The position numbers and the translations under genes are program-made. From the NCBI GenBank assembly GCA_951406725.2, contig OX597814.1, positions 13,640,001 to 13,704,000 on the forward strand: DNA of 64,000 bases, in the 5' to 3' direction. Positions 17,396 through 31,789 of the stretch are shown piece after piece (the first letter of the stretch is position 1; each line of letters starts with the position of its first letter). This DNA comes from Octopus vulgaris. Its lineage: Eukaryota. The notes under the pieces are model-generated. The model was not told the DNA's origin. It saw only the letters and a program-made list of their open reading frames with translations, and searched no databases.

Positions 17396-17665
17396 GACAT
17401 TTATATGTATATATATATATGAAGACGTGTATATGTATAAGTATAAGGTGTGTTATGATTATTTATACGATATAATCCTATATAAACTCAACTAATAATT
17501 AACGATGGAGAAGTGAGGTGGTTAAAAGTTTTCTAAAATTTTAATCCATCCATACGATCGTTTCAAATGATAACACCAACATGTAAGAAACGTGGGAATA
17601 ATTAAATTAATTTTAATTATAGTTAAATTAAATTAGTTTAAGTACGCATTACCATTCTCGTCAGT

Positions 17666-18048
17666 GGAGGCGCAATGGCCCAGTGGTTAGGGCAGCGGAC
17701 TCGCGGTCATAGGATCGCGGTTTCGATTCCCAGACCGGGCGTTGTGAGTGTTTATTGAGCGAAAACACCTAAAGCTCCACGGGGCTCTGGCAGGGGATGG
17801 TAGTGATCCCTGCTGTACTGTTTCACCACAACTTTCTCTCACTTTACTTCCTGTTTCTGTTGTACCTGTATTTCAAATGGCCGGCCTTGTCACTGTCTGT
17901 GTCACACTGAATAACCCCGAGAACTATGTTAAGGGTACACGTGTCTGTGGAGTGCTCAGCCACTTACACGTTAATTTCACGAGCAGGCTGTTCCGTTGAT
18001 TCGGATCAACCGGAACCCTCATCGTCGTAACCGACGGAGTACTTCCAC
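17666..18048 (+). mobile_element. Full-length tRNA(Arg-like)-derived SINE family C
   Basis: A box TGGCCCAGTGG, B box GTTTCGATTCC, TCG anticodon-like loop; TSD ACCATTCTCGTCAGT(G) at 17651 and 18049. Confidence 0.92.
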
Positions 18049-19005
18049 ACCATTCTCGTCAGTGCAAAAGATGGAGAGAACATCAGGAAAGGTAGTAACA
18101 AGAATATTACCGGAGACCATAATCAGTCTGTGTCTCATAACTCAATCGGGTATTTAAATTAATTGTGAAAGATAAAATATAAGAATATGGTTAGGTAGTA
18201 TTGAGTCTAGTTGTATAAGGACTAAATCTGATTTGGTTATCGGATATTTTGAAATGTAAGAAACATCGAAGAGACATTTTCACTATATAAGTATAACTAA
18301 AGTGGCGAAAAAACATTCCGTATAATGTGTTTATCAAATATTCCAGTATACATGTAATATACATACTTACATATACATATATACAAAAAGACAAATATTC
18401 ACACACTTAAATTATACACAAATGCACGTAGTTGTACATAAACTTGTATATGAAAGTATATACATATAAATAATAAGCGTCCAATGGGACATCATAGCTA
18501 TATTTAAATTTATATTTCAATTCTTGTTTGGTTTGACGGTTATGTGTGGTGTGCAATGAAGAAATATTCACAATAGAGAATGGTGAAAATTTAAAATAAA
18601 GAAATAGTTTTCTAAAAGAAGAATATCTAGGATAAGAAGTATAGCTAGATTAGTGTGGTTGTATATAAGTAACTAGAGAATCGAAGGTTAGGAAAAGAAT
18701 AAATCTGTGTAATATCATAGAGGAAGGTTGTTTCATTATTGTTAGATAGCATTATATTCGTCTGGAAGAAAAAATGCATAGTTGTTAATATTAAAGAATT
18801 TTAGAGAGAAAATGTAAGAAAAAATACTTGCTAACGTTAGAATAAAATTTTGAAAAGTAATTCACAATGGAAAAGAAAAGATTCATTATTAATTTATGGA
18901 TTAGAGATTTATAGTGGAGGCGGAAAAGTATATTTTCAGAAAAGATTGTAAGTTATGATTCCGTACTGCTACTCTTTACTGCTCGCTCAGAGATTAAATA
19001 ACGTT

Positions 19006-19039
<34 letters not shown>

Positions 19040-19040
<1 letters not shown>

Positions 19041-19280
19041 TTTTTTCTCTCCTTTTTTTCTCTCCTTTTCTTTCTCTCCTTTCTTCTCTCCTTTTTTCTC
19101 TCTCCCTTTTTCTCTCCTTTTTTCTCTCCTTGTTTTTTCTGTGTGCCTTACTGTAGAAGATCGTAGGCTCGAAACGTAAAAGACTTTTTTCTATTTCTGA
19201 GCGTTATACTAACACATCTGTTTGTTTTGTACACCACCTGTCTTCGTCTTTTGTTTTTTTTCGTAAACTTTCCCTATATA
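19040..19280 (+). mobile_element. Penelope-like terminal repeat fragment with degenerate minimal hammerhead (19146-19182)
   Basis: CTGTAGA-AGATC-GTAG-GCTC-GAAAC-GTA-AAAG after a TTTCTCTCC tandem tract. Confidence 0.45.
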
Positions 19281-19414
19281 TGTATATATATGAGTGTGTG
19301 TGTATGTGTGAGTGTGTGTGTGTGAGAGAGAGAGAGAGTGAGAAGTTAAGTTTAAGTTCAGTTATGCAGGGTTATTTATGGGTGTATATATATATATATA
19401 TATATATGAATATT

Positions 19415-19534
19415 CTACTAAGAGAAATACAGAATGGAAATAGCATTTGATGCAAACTGTGCTAGGTATGTTAGAAATATAAAGAAACGGAAATAAGAAT
19501 TCAGAAATGAACAAAAGAAATGTAATACTGTAGT

Positions 19535-19540
<6 letters not shown>
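19415..19540. repeat. Interspersed ~125-bp repeat, second copy at 23030-23150
   Basis: Shared TGTGCTAGGTATGTTAGAAATATAAA..GAATTCAGAAAT..GAAATGTAATACTGTAGTGA, both ending at TA microsatellites. Confidence 0.8.
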
Positions 19541-19578
<38 letters not shown>

Positions 19579-19644
19579 AACGCATACACACGCACATACA
19601 CCACACACTCACACAAACAGACACACACACACACACACACCCAA

Positions 19645-19696
<52 letters not shown>

Positions 19697-19796
19697 NNNN
19701 NNNNNNNNNNNNNNNNNNNNNNNNNNNNNNNNNNNNNNNNNNNNNNNNNNNNNNNNNNNNNNNNNNNNNNNNNNNNNNNNNNNNNNNNNNNNNNNN
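19697..19796. other. Assembly gap (100 N) within (TA)n
   Basis: Run of N. Confidence 1.
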
Positions 19797-20055
19797 ATAT
19801 ATACAGACATATACACACAGACATATATAGATACAATTATAGTTACATTTACAGACATACATACATATGAATATCAAAAAATATATATATATATGTATAT
19901 ATATATATATGTATAGAGAATGTTCTGACTTATATAACGTAGTGATAAAAGGGAGTGTGAATGTAAAAATTGTTTTCTTTTTCGTTTGGGTGCGAAATTA
20001 ATTCAAATTCTTAACTCTCGAATATAAGCAAAGTAAGTTACTTAACATCAGTGCA

Positions 20056-20124
<69 letters not shown>

Positions 20125-20384
20125 ATATGCTGTGCTTATAAAAAGAAAACAGGAAAATAGGAAAATACGAAGAAAAATTAGGAGAAAATATAAAAAGATA
20201 TGTGCATATATTTATACATATATTCTTATATATATTATATCAAATTAGAGATAAAACCAATATTAGGCAATTCAAACAATGAAAAACTTAAGCTAATACA
20301 TAAAATCAATTAATTCATATTATTTTAAATATATATCAAAATTATTAAAAGTTTAATAATATATCTATATATGTGTATATATAT

Positions 20385-20878
20385 ACACATATACACTCAC
20401 ACGTGCATATACACACACATAGATATATGTGAGCATATGCAGGTATAAAGGAACATATGTATACGCCTATACTATTGTATATTCATATATATATATTTAT
20501 ATATATCCACACATATTCACATGCATATACATATATGTGTTTGTATATATACATATATTAACGCATATACATACACATACATAAATATATACACAGACGT
20601 ACGCATAGACTCATACATACACCTACATACACACAAACAGATACATGCATATATGCACACATATATACAACTATACTTAAATATATCTGTATGAAAAGTA
20701 CACACACATACTCATATATATATATATATATATATATACATACACATATATATATATATATATATGTGTATATATATATATACACATACACACTCACACG
20801 TGCATATACACACACATAGATATATGTGAGCATATGCAGATATAAATGGACATATGTATACGCCTATACTAATGTATA
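20385..20878. repeat. ~95-bp direct repeat (20385-20480, 20783-20878) in low-complexity DNA
   Basis: CACTCACACGTGCATATACACACACATAGATATATGTGAGCATATGCAG..CATATGTATACGCCTATACTA twice. Confidence 0.8.
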
Positions 20879-21541
20879 ATAATACTATATTATATGACCT
20901 ATGTAAAAGTAATAACTATATTAGTGATAAGTGAAAAAGGTTGCATAATATAAAATATATCAATAAACGGTGCTAATATTAAAGTATGAACGTGCTTTGG
21001 AGATAGTAGTAAAATTACAAAGGGTAAAGAATAACATACACCGAAAAATGTTAAAGAATGTTTGTGTATATCAATAGAACATGGAAGAGTTAAAATATCA
21101 AATAGATTGCCAAAAGTTGATGATGATAATAATAATATAAGTAGTAGTAATTATAATAGGTGAGAGAAGTGTGTTTTAGAATATATTGAGAAAAATATAC
21201 AACATACAACAGAAACGTATATATGTGTGTTTATATTCCAAGTGGTGGTCGAAAGATCTGACTAAAAAATGTATTGAGTAAGAGGGGGAAGAAATTTGAA
21301 TTTCTTGTTTATGTTTCATAGTTAAAAAAAGTGGGAAAGGGTCATATAATATTACGGGTGATGATGAATATCATATGAATGACCAGGAACTGTAAGGTAG
21401 TTAATATAGAGAGCATAGATGAGAGAAATAATATATAAAAGGTAGTAAATATGTAGAGGGCAGTATTATACGAAGAACAAAATTATAAGGAGGAGTAATA
21501 ACGAGAGGAAGAACAAATTTGAGGAAATGAGATGGAGAAAA

Positions 21542-22290
21542 TTATTTGACATATGTCAAAAGGTATTTTGACATATGTTTAGAAGAAAAAATATTTTCCT
21601 CTCTCGAATTCAAAATAGAATTATTCATTTTCACAATATTATAACTTTCCTCCAAGCATAAAAAACAAATCCTGTTATTATGGCTATAAGATGGAGCTGA
21701 AGAAATAATTTTCCAAGAAATCATGTAATCTGTGTTGCCGTTTTTCAGTTGCCAAACCTTTTTTGATAGACCTGTACTATTATCTTTCCTAGGGTGGTTA
21801 CAAGATGATTTATGGTTATTTAATCGTAATTTAAAAGGGTTTTGCATACACCCAATGTACTTGAATATAGATAGATTATGGGTTATAGTTGTAGCTTCGT
21901 ATACTGCATTTTTTGCTTTACAGTTACCTTTTGCCACACAACCACCTGAGATTCCACAGTTACAATTAGGACTATTATTTGATATTCTATTGTTATATCT
22001 ATATGTATTAAGGGTAATTGAGGTTGTGTGAATTTGATAGTTGTTGTGAGATATGGAATTATTGGAATTAGAAGGAGATAATTTATTGTAGAATTGGTTT
22101 TGTTACCTATTGTTGAATGAGGAAATGATCACAAAATATCTTTTGAGATATAGAAAATCTAAATCTAATCGTTTTGTTATGAAATATCTCGAGTTCATAA
22201 AGTTTAGTAAAATAATGTTTCAAATTGATTTAATAAAATTCGATTTTAAATGTTTAGCAAAAGAAATTATAATCCAAATGATATTATTGT
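21542..22290 (-). mobile_element. Penelope-like element (Naiad-type) linker and GIY-YIG endonuclease remnant
   Basis: CNCGISGGCVAKGNC (CxCx5Cx5C), NAVYEA..YIG..FKLRLNNHKSS..STGLSKKVWQLK..WKII..CFLCLEE..ILNSR; decayed NIIW linker upstream. Confidence 0.9.
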
Positions 22291-22872
22291 TCTTTTCCTT
22301 ATTGCCGTGGTGATTTGTATTCAGTGAGTCATCCGTTCTTACATGTATATAGCTTTCTTTTTTCTTTCCGTATTATTACCACCAACTTTATTAATATTAG
22401 TTATGTAGTTATGTAGTTATTAGTTATGTAGTTATGTGAGTTATTAGGAGGATGAGATGCATTGGGATAAGTTAGATCCTTTGTTAGTGTGTACGTTTCA
22501 TGCTTTTAGTACTATCTATGATTATTTGTTTTCGATATTTGATGTATGTATAGTTAGGTTTAATTTACTTATTAATAATAGTGTTTTTAGAGATTTGTGG
22601 GTTGGGAAAATAGTATCAACCGTTCTATTAGAGAGATTATTATGGTCATGGTGTTCACGTTTATTGAGATTACTATAATGAGGTTTATTTTTGTTGTAGG
22701 ATTTGAGATTTTTGGTAAAGTTTGCTAATGAATATTATTGAGAGAAATTGATTAAGTGTCAATGTTTTGTAATTTACTAGATGATGTGGTTTCAGTAGTA
22801 CGGTCACTGTGGATCTTATCTAGATAATTATTGGGATGATTAGAATAGGCATTGTTGTTTATATATGGGTGA

Positions 22873-22942
<70 letters not shown>

Positions 22943-23341
22943 ATGTGTGTGTGTGTATGTGTGTGTGTGTGTGTGTGTGTGTTTGTGTGTGTGCGTGTGT
23001 GTGAGTGTGTGTTTGTGTGTGTATTTTATATTAAGGGAAATACGGAACTGAAATGGAATTTGATGTAAATTGTGCTAGGTATGTTAGAAATATAAAAATA
23101 GAGATATGAATTCAGAAATAGATTAGAGAAATGTAATACTGTAGTGATATACATATATATATACATATATTCATATATACATATATACATGCACACGCAT
23201 ATATATACATACATATATAAATATGTATATACATATATACATATATATGTGTATATATGAATATTTGTGTATATGCCTGTGTATTTATGTGTGTGTGTGT
23301 GTGTACACGTGAGTGTGTGTGTGTATGTGTGTGTGTGTGAC

Positions 23342-23615
23342 GAAGCATGGCTTAGGGTTAAGGTGTTGCCCTCATGATTGTGAGTTCGTGGGTTGGATTC
23401 TCAGACACGGCATTGCGCTGTATTCTTGAGCAAAGCACCTCATTTCAAGTTGCTTTGCGATTATTTCGACATCTGACATGTGGCACCCGTTGACCCTGTA
23501 GAGGTAATGTCGATCTACGTAAACATTTGATCGATATAAACAAATAATCTGTGTAGTTGTTCGGTAAGAAATTATCGAACCCGCATACATCGTCTAACAA
23601 CGGGAGAGTCCATTG
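23342..23615 (+). mobile_element. tRNA-derived SINE, decayed
   Basis: Head GCATGGCTTAGGGTTAAGG..GGTTGGATTCTC followed by CTTGAGCAAAGCACCTCATTTC. Confidence 0.65.
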
Positions 23616-23652
23616 TATATATATATGCATATGAATACATATGTGTATATAT

Positions 23653-23724
<72 letters not shown>

Positions 23725-23754
23725 TATGTGTGCGTGTGTATGGGGGGTGTATGT

Positions 23755-24610
23755 AAAAGTTTCATCAGAGATGATGTTGACATGCTCAAGCACCTGCTGA
23801 AAACAACCACCGAGCAGGCATTCCTGGTTTCTTATGATGTTATCAACCTCTATACCAACATCCCACATGAGTATGATATTGAGACAATTGATTTCTGGCT
23901 GGAGAAACCCCCAGAAGCTTTTCCTAACCGCATTAGTAAGACCTTCATTCAGGAAACACGCAAGTTCCTTCTGACAAATTATTACTGCATGTTCGAAAAC
24001 ACACACTAGCGTCAAAAATATGGTATCGCGATGGGTAGCAAAGCTGCACCACTCCTTGCGAACCTCATAATAGGCTTCTTCGAACTACCACTTTAAGAGA
24101 TATCACGCCAGAAATTTGGACACCTATTCCACATCTACTAAATAGAAGACTGGAAAAGATACCTAGATGATTGCTTCTTCATATGGAAAGAATCTTATGA
24201 AAAACTTCTGAAATTCAAAACCACACTTAATAACATACATCCCAATATTCAATTCACTATGGAATTCAGAAAACTTCGTTTCCCTTTTCTTGATCTCCTG
24301 ATTATAAAAACACCTAACAAACAAATCACAACCGACATCTACTACAAACGTACAGACTCACAACAATAACTCCCCTTCAGTTCATGTCACCTAAAACACA
24401 CCAAGACAAATATCCCCTTCAACTTAGCTAAAAGGATTTGCACCATTGTCTCGGACTCAACCACCCAAGACATGCACCTACAAGACCGCAAAAAACACTA
24501 CAACAACGCCAATATCCCTCCACACTCATAGACTAAGGAATAAAACGTGCCGAGGAAGTCGAGAATAACACACTGAAAACCACGCAACACACTAACACAC
24601 CCAACTCCAA
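23755..24610 (+). mobile_element. Penelope-like reverse transcriptase remnant
   Basis: KSFIRD, LVSYDVINLYTNIPH, GIAMGSKAAPLLANL, WKRYLDDCFFIW, HPNIQFTME, PFLDL, TDIYYKRTD, IPFNLAKRICTIVSD with in-frame stops. Confidence 0.95.
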
Positions 24611-25109
24611 GATATGAGAATTTTCATTAATCTCGGAAATTGTTTCGACACCTCTAGCATCGGTTCCTCACGGGTGAGATACTTAATAACGTTTCTGGAG
24701 CATCCAGCAGTGCAAACGAGACTCTTTGGGTGATAAATATATGTAACTCGTTAAAATAAAACTTCCACAATGTATTTTCACATTTCGTCTGAAAACAAAA
24801 CACCAAAGCAAAGTATATACCTTCAGTTATATTGAAATAACAGATATAGATAAGTGCCCTATCACAAGCATCATGGCGCATGTACACACGCTCATTCGAC
24901 TATCCACGAAGTGGCAAGCATACGCACATGTATGGTTTGGTGCACACACTTTCACATGACAAGTTAAGTAGCTACTTGGTTTTAATAAGAACGGGGAGGT
25001 TAAAGCTAAACTTAATTCATTCATATCTTAAAGTAAACCATGCTAACAGTTTCTCAAATTCATTCCCACTGCACTGTGCGACAGTACACTTATATACGGG
25101 TACTGTCTA

Positions 25110-25620
25110 CACGCATATGCTTGTAGGCATCTTAAGAGTCTTTCAGAAATTTTATTAATGATCTACTCCTTGTGCATAGATTAGACAAGGATACCTGGGA
25201 GCAGGGATGGCAATCCTGAGACTGATATTGTATGGTTTTGCATACTTTACTATAGATCAAGTTATGCTATACATAATTATATCTTCCTTCAGTTGCCACA
25301 CAAATTCATCGAAAGAGGTTGAATGTCTCTCACTGATTTTCTTGAAGCTGGAGAGATGCTTGCTATAACGATTCGTAAATGAATAAGCCTTTTGCCGAAA
25401 GTTAACATACTGCCCTGCTCTTGTGTGCACGGTACATTTGTATACAAGATTTGTACTCATACAGAGATTCATCAATTTTGATTTCTCTCTTCATGAGCAT
25501 TTATTATATTTATTTGCATATACGGCAGTTCTGGCTTCATTTTCCGAAGTTGCCACCGCGTTAGTTATATCAAAAATTTCCACTGTCACAATGTGGTCGT
25601 ATTTGTTCCTTTTCGTTGCA
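25110..25620 (-). mobile_element. Second Penelope-like (Naiad-type) GIY-YIG remnant
   Basis: NKCS*REKSKLMNLCMSTNLVYKCTVHT..FTNRYSKHLSSF..STSFDEFVWQLKE..YSIT*SIVKYAKPY, then CHPC and IINKISE after frameshifts. Confidence 0.8.
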
Positions 25621-25729
25621 ATCTGCAACTGCTTCTTTGACATTTAGATGCGCATGTTTGGTATATCCAGTAGGTGGATTATTGAACTGTCCTCGCACTT
25701 TATTATTGCTTATGCGGTGCGTATGCTGC

Positions 25730-25810
<81 letters not shown>

Positions 25811-25899
25811 TAAATACATATATATACACACATATATATATATATATACATACATATATATGTGTGTGTGTGTGTATGTATGTATATATGTGTATATAT

Positions 25900-26100
25900 T
25901 TGTGTATCTGTGTTTGTCCCACCGACATCACTTGACAACCGAAGCTGGTGGGTTTACATACCCGTAACTTAGCTGTTCAGCAAAATGACAAATAAAATAA
26001 GTACTTGGCTTACAAAGAAAAGTCCTGGGGTCGATTTGCTCGCCTAAAGGCGGTACTCCAGCAAGGCCGCAGTCAAATGAATGAAACAAATAAAAGAATA
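25900..26100 (+). mobile_element. SINE family A 3' half
   Basis: Matches 61770-61965. Confidence 0.85.
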
Positions 26101-26152
26101 AAATAATATACATATATATTTCATTGCTAAACCTCGCTAAGATAAATATTTC

Positions 26153-26226
26153 AATTACCTGAAGATTGACTGTAACCATAACTCGAATTATTACGAATTG
26201 GACAGCCATGACACGATCGTAGTGTT
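26153..26226 (+). ncRNA. Degenerate type I hammerhead-like motif in a Penelope-type terminus
   Basis: CTGAAGA 26159-26165, stem II TGACTGT/ACAGCCA, GAcAC-GATC-GTA; adjacent 26270-26360 is the reverse complement of ~20241-20330. Confidence 0.5.
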
Positions 26227-26444
26227 TCACTCATTATCTTTTATTAAACTTTTAATACTATTGATATATATTTAAAATAATATAAATGAATTAATTTTAT
26301 GTATTGGCTTAAATTTTTCATTGTTTTATTTGCCTAATAGTGGTTTTATCTCTAATTTAATATAATACAATATTTTACTATAAAATTGGATTCAATCCTA
26401 AATCTGATTTTTCCCTGTAAGTTTGGATTTATTCCCTAATATTT

Positions 26445-26505
<61 letters not shown>

Positions 26506-27239
26506 TATTATACGTTACAGAACTAATGTTCTGGCCATGCTGAATTTATGAACGGCACTTCCAGGGTGAAGTCAATTTAAAACTAAGTATAACCCACCAA
26601 TTAAGGTTTGCAAGATGCATATAATTATATTTTATGATTGAAATTAAGTTTCTTTAAAATGCGATAAAAAATATTCCTGACAAGAAAATCGCATCGGTTT
26701 CTGCAAACTTAAAAGCTATATGTCACAAAATGTCAGGAATAGTTATTTCATTTGATACTTGAAGACTTTTCCCATACATAAATTTCATAGAACGAATCCT
26801 AACAGTTAAGTGTGTACAAGGATCAAAAGTCTATATAATATATATTAAAATACCAATTTCTCTCTATATATATATGTGTGTGGGTGTGTGTGTGTCTGTC
26901 TGTCTGTGTCTGTGTCTGTGTGTGTCTGTGTGTTACAGTGAATGTGTAATTTCTTGACTATTTACAATTCATGAGAATGACGATATAATGTTTTATAAGT
27001 ATCGTCATCATGTGTTCTAATTATTGAGGATAATGGACAGCAGAAAGTATAAACATGTGTGAGTATAAGAAAAATACATACCTGTTTGTGTACGCATACA
27101 TCCGTACATACGCACATACATATATGTATATAAATACATAGATGTATGTATGTGTTTATATCTATCTCTCTCTCTATATATATATATATATTTATATACA
27201 TAGATGCATGTATGTACATATATATATATACATACATAC

Positions 27240-27285
<46 letters not shown>

Positions 27286-28341
27286 CTCATACAAATAAAT
27301 ATATGCGTGGGTGTGTGCGACAGAGTGAGTGTGCGTTTCTTTGTGTATGTATGTGTACGTAATGCTTGTAATTTATTTGAAATATACTTGTGTTTTAAGG
27401 ATTTCATACATATATGAGTATGATGTGTCATGTTATATGATACCGTATGCAAGTTATATGACATTTATATCAACGATATACATATGCGCGTCGTGGCTAA
27501 TGTAATTTTGTTGCATACTCTAAAATTCAGTACATTGACATCACAGCAACAACTTACTAGCACAGCCATCAGATGTAGTCACGTCAATAAGGTGAACAAC
27601 TATTTTAGTAGCTAGAAGTAGTTTTAATGCTAGTGATATTTTGGAAAATGATACCAGGGAGAAACTTCATTTAGTATATGATTGTACGTATTAATAGTTA
27701 ATATTTTTTCTGATCATTTCTCTACGGATATAACTTTCTTGGTTGTATAGTATATTTTTATTGCATATTTGTGACAGTTGTTTATTGACGTGACGTGTGT
27801 ACGAACGTTTTTTTTTGTTGTTGTTGTTCTTTTGTTTCTGTCTGTGTGCTACGACGTCGTGTACGTAAATGGTAATATCTAAATGTATATGATTTACATT
27901 ATATGCCAACGGATGTAGTTATTTGGTATTATATATTTTTTTAGTTTGGAACGAAATGACAGATTGCAACGCAGATCTTGAGAAACAATTCTTCCAATCG
28001 TCTGTTTTGTCGATTTGAATCATACCAAAAAAGTTTAAATCCTACCATAACCACTTTGCAGTTTATCTACGCCGGGCCATTAAATGCAGTATATTCCCCT
28101 CCATTAAGCTATCACTCACCGGATTTCACCTTAATTCAGTTCAGGCGAGGTTTTCTACAAATGATTGCCTAAAAGTTTAAGATACATGAATTTGTATGAC
28201 AATAGAATATCAATTTGTGAGTGACAATTGTTGCATTTATATACACACCCGCGCACACACGCACATACACATGTTTATATAAACATATATATGTGTATAT
28301 ATACATATATATTAATATAGGTTTATATATGTAAGTATATA

Positions 28342-28449
<108 letters not shown>

Positions 28450-28599
28450 ACATACATATATATATATGGAACGAGGGTGTTTACAATCAATAGAAGAAAT
28501 CTAAGAGAACAATGATATAAATGGATTAATAACATCGCGAGCGTTCGTCTCATTTCTATATTTTAAGATATATGTAAGATATATATGTGTATATATATA

Positions 28600-30447
28600 T
28601 GAGTTCAAGAAAAATTAAGAAAACGATAAATCAAGTAATTTCTAAAGATCATTTCAAACAATATTGTCTCACTGTATAAAGTTGAAATTTAAGGTATTCA
28701 ATAAGATCATTAAGAATGAAATTTTAACAAAAGGGTACGTCATTTTAAGGTGCATAAATAGGGAAATCGCTGAAACTTATGATAATCAAGAAGATTATTA
28801 AAAATTAAATTTTAGCAAAAGGGTGCGTGTCTTTTAAGGTGCCTAAATAGAGAAATCCCTGAATGTCAGGAAGGTCCATATACGGAAGATGTTCTATTCA
28901 TCATTCTTTGCAAAAATAAATCAATCATAGAAAGAACGAGAAAGAGAATTCTATAATTTTTCAAAAACTTTAACTTAATTATTACGTATGAATATGGCAC
29001 TAAAGTAGTAAATTTTAATTTATCTCTTTCTTAAATGGCCCTACCATCCTGATCTTAGTATTTATAAGGGCCTTTATATAAATAACCCTTCTAAACAAGT
29101 ACCACTAACAAACTATAAATATCGTGTAGGGATTAATAATAACTTAAACCTATAATATGACCCTTAGTTTATACAAAACAGATTAGTGTAAAATATGATT
29201 GTTCCATAACTTATATATTCCTTTAGCTGATACCAGACATCAGTCTTTTATTGATATTACCTAAATTAGTAAATATACAATATTTAGCCTAATATATTTT
29301 GAATTGTTATAATTTTTCTAAAAATCTTCTCTATTGCTGCTAATAAGCTACTTATACTTTATCATAGTATTAGTAATTAACCTATTTTATTTCCTTTTCT
29401 ATGGTGTTCTGCCCCGCTTGATTATTTTATTTTACTTCGTTATTATTTTATAGTTAGTTTTTACTTCTATATAAAATGAATTTTATATTTGTATCTATAA
29501 ATTCATACTTAGCTTATATAAAGCTATACTGGTATATTCACTAATTATAAAAAAACAACAACTTAGATTATAATTTTATTAATATATAATTAGCATGTTC
29601 GTTTACCTCTATACTACTTTAGTAATACCAGTACATACCAATTAATCAATATTCACAGATACCATCTACTCAGTTAGTATTTAAGTGTACAATATGTATA
29701 AATATTAAACTATTTCTGGATAATTTCTTTTACTCCCTCTATTGTGATAAAAGTTTGGTATATATTCAAAAGTATTCATAAATTTCCATCCTTTTGTTAT
29801 GATATTCTTCTTAATAGTCCACTGAATAACCTTTAACTGTATACTATATAGCAACATTGTTTAAAATATGTAACAATAATACTACATGATAAGACTCCCC
29901 CTGGTTCATTATCAATGGTCTGTTTGTGGGCAACCCCCTTAATTGTCAGCTAACAATATGTTTTAAATTCTCCTTTACCAAACCTCATGAATTCGCTTAT
30001 AATCAATCTTGATGTTTTTTTTTAATATACCAACTATGGTGAGTGTCTGCTCCCTCAGCCCTACCCCTAACAGATACTGCCCTCTGTTCTCTCAGCTTTA
30101 GATATACAAAGGATTTGATAAACTAGTCTATAAATCAAAACTGACCCCATAAAAACAAAAAATCAGCGAAAGGCAGAGTCTGTAATAATGTATATCTTCT
30201 TGAAAATTTAGTAAGTTCTATGCTGGAGTGAGGCAGCATGTTCTTTGTCTATCTCCTAGAAGATTTTAGGTATAATTATACTTATGTGTTCATCTCTTTT
30301 AATTTAATTAAATTCTATGTCTTTGTGCAGTTGAAGATTGCTCTGCATTTTAAATTGATGTAATGATTGCAGTGCCCAATTAAATGGAGATGCATGAAAC
30401 GATCGTACTACATTACCTCTGGATACCCTTGTTGCTTTTTTTGATTG
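28600..30447 (+). mobile_element. Non-coding AT-rich element ending in a hammerhead-like motif (30326-30412); 5' boundary approximate
   Basis: 30060-30447 is homologous to 37930-38296 and its tail to 34577-34697; internal ~55-bp duplication at 28720 and 28808. Confidence 0.6.
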
Positions 30448-30539
30448 TATTTATATGTATATGTGTGTGTATATGTGTGTCTGTATGTGTATGAGTGTGT
30501 GTGTATGTATGTGCCGGCTTCAAAACGTGTATTTTAGCA

Positions 30540-30780
30540 CCTTCTCACAAACCCTTCGTTACCCAGAAATGGCCTCCGAATTCCCATGAATTACTACGCT
30601 TACAGCGGCGTTGAATTGTGGACAAATCGACGTCCTCACAGTATCACCGTATCAGTGAAGGCAGCTATTTTCCACTTGGTGACCGTAATAAATAAGGGCT
30701 ATATAGTGATGATATGTCAACGCCTGTAGTCCCGAAGTAAAGATGTTCTGAGACCTGAACGTAGTTTCTGCAAAATAATG
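30540..30780 (+). mobile_element. maT/Tc1-mariner transposase C-terminal relic
   Basis: WPPNSHE, VELWTNRRPHSITVSVKAAI, ICQRL*SRSKDVL resemble WPPNSPDL..VERETNKHPHNT..SLKAAI..ACxRFRSRIEAV. Confidence 0.5.
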
Positions 30781-31789
30781 TTATAAGAAAGCTTATCATG
30801 TGCATGCGTTATACATCATATTGGAGACCAAATTCAAGTTACATGAAGTGCTGAATACTAGAAACTTGAAACAATGAAAGCCGATGTAGCTGGAAATAAA
30901 AAATATTCAATCATTCTATATATTTTCTAGAGGAAAATACGTAATATGCTATATTAACGCCGAATTGCATTGTATTTACAACGATAAGATATAGGCTGTT
31001 TGAGAAAACAATTTGAAAAAATGTCATATTCTTTTATTTTATACAATTTATGAATAAACGAGCTTAGGAAAACAGTCTTAAAATTATTTATTTACAATTT
31101 TTAAAATTGAGTTTATTTGACAAGTATTACACATTTATTATTGCATTATTACGCTATGTTAGCTAACGATTTTCAAGAGAAATGAGAATGGTGAATTTGT
31201 ATAAGAAAAATAAGCGAGATAAGGCAAATATCTTTTTTAATTACAGTGACAAAAAACATCATCTACTTCAAAAACAATGAACATTATAGACATCATCATC
31301 AAAAGCAATGATAAATTTTGGATACGATATCAAAATCAACTGGAAACTTTAATAGAATATCTATGAAGCATTGTATTAGATAAACCCGCTTGTTATCGAA
31401 TGTTTTCTTTCAAAACAAACAGAAACCTAGCTAGCGATTAAAAATTGAACGTTGACGGAATAATAAAATTACTCAAGAAAATATTTTTATGTGAGATGAT
31501 TTGAAAGCAGCAGTTATTCCAGTATTGAACTATATCAGGGTTTCATTGATGCTTCCAATATCGTATCCGTGCACAGCAGCTCTAATATCATTATTAGATT
31601 TTTTCAAAGAAAAATACTCAGTTGTGGTTTGTTATTCGATATAACGTAGAACAACGCATATGATGCAAACTGTTCCTTTTTAGGCACTAAATTTCAAATC
31701 CGAACGTAAAGCCAGACAAAACGCCGCATAATATTTTACCTGGTATGTTAACCAATCACCCACTTCAGCGCCCTAAGCGATAAATTAAT

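Noticed and set aside
17666-17740. tRNA-Arg gene
   Set aside because: It is the head of a TSD-flanked SINE, with a second copy at 58438.
27530-27870. Cluster of TGACGT (CRE-like) motifs
   Set aside because: Short motifs with no adjacent gene or start site; cannot be called a promoter.
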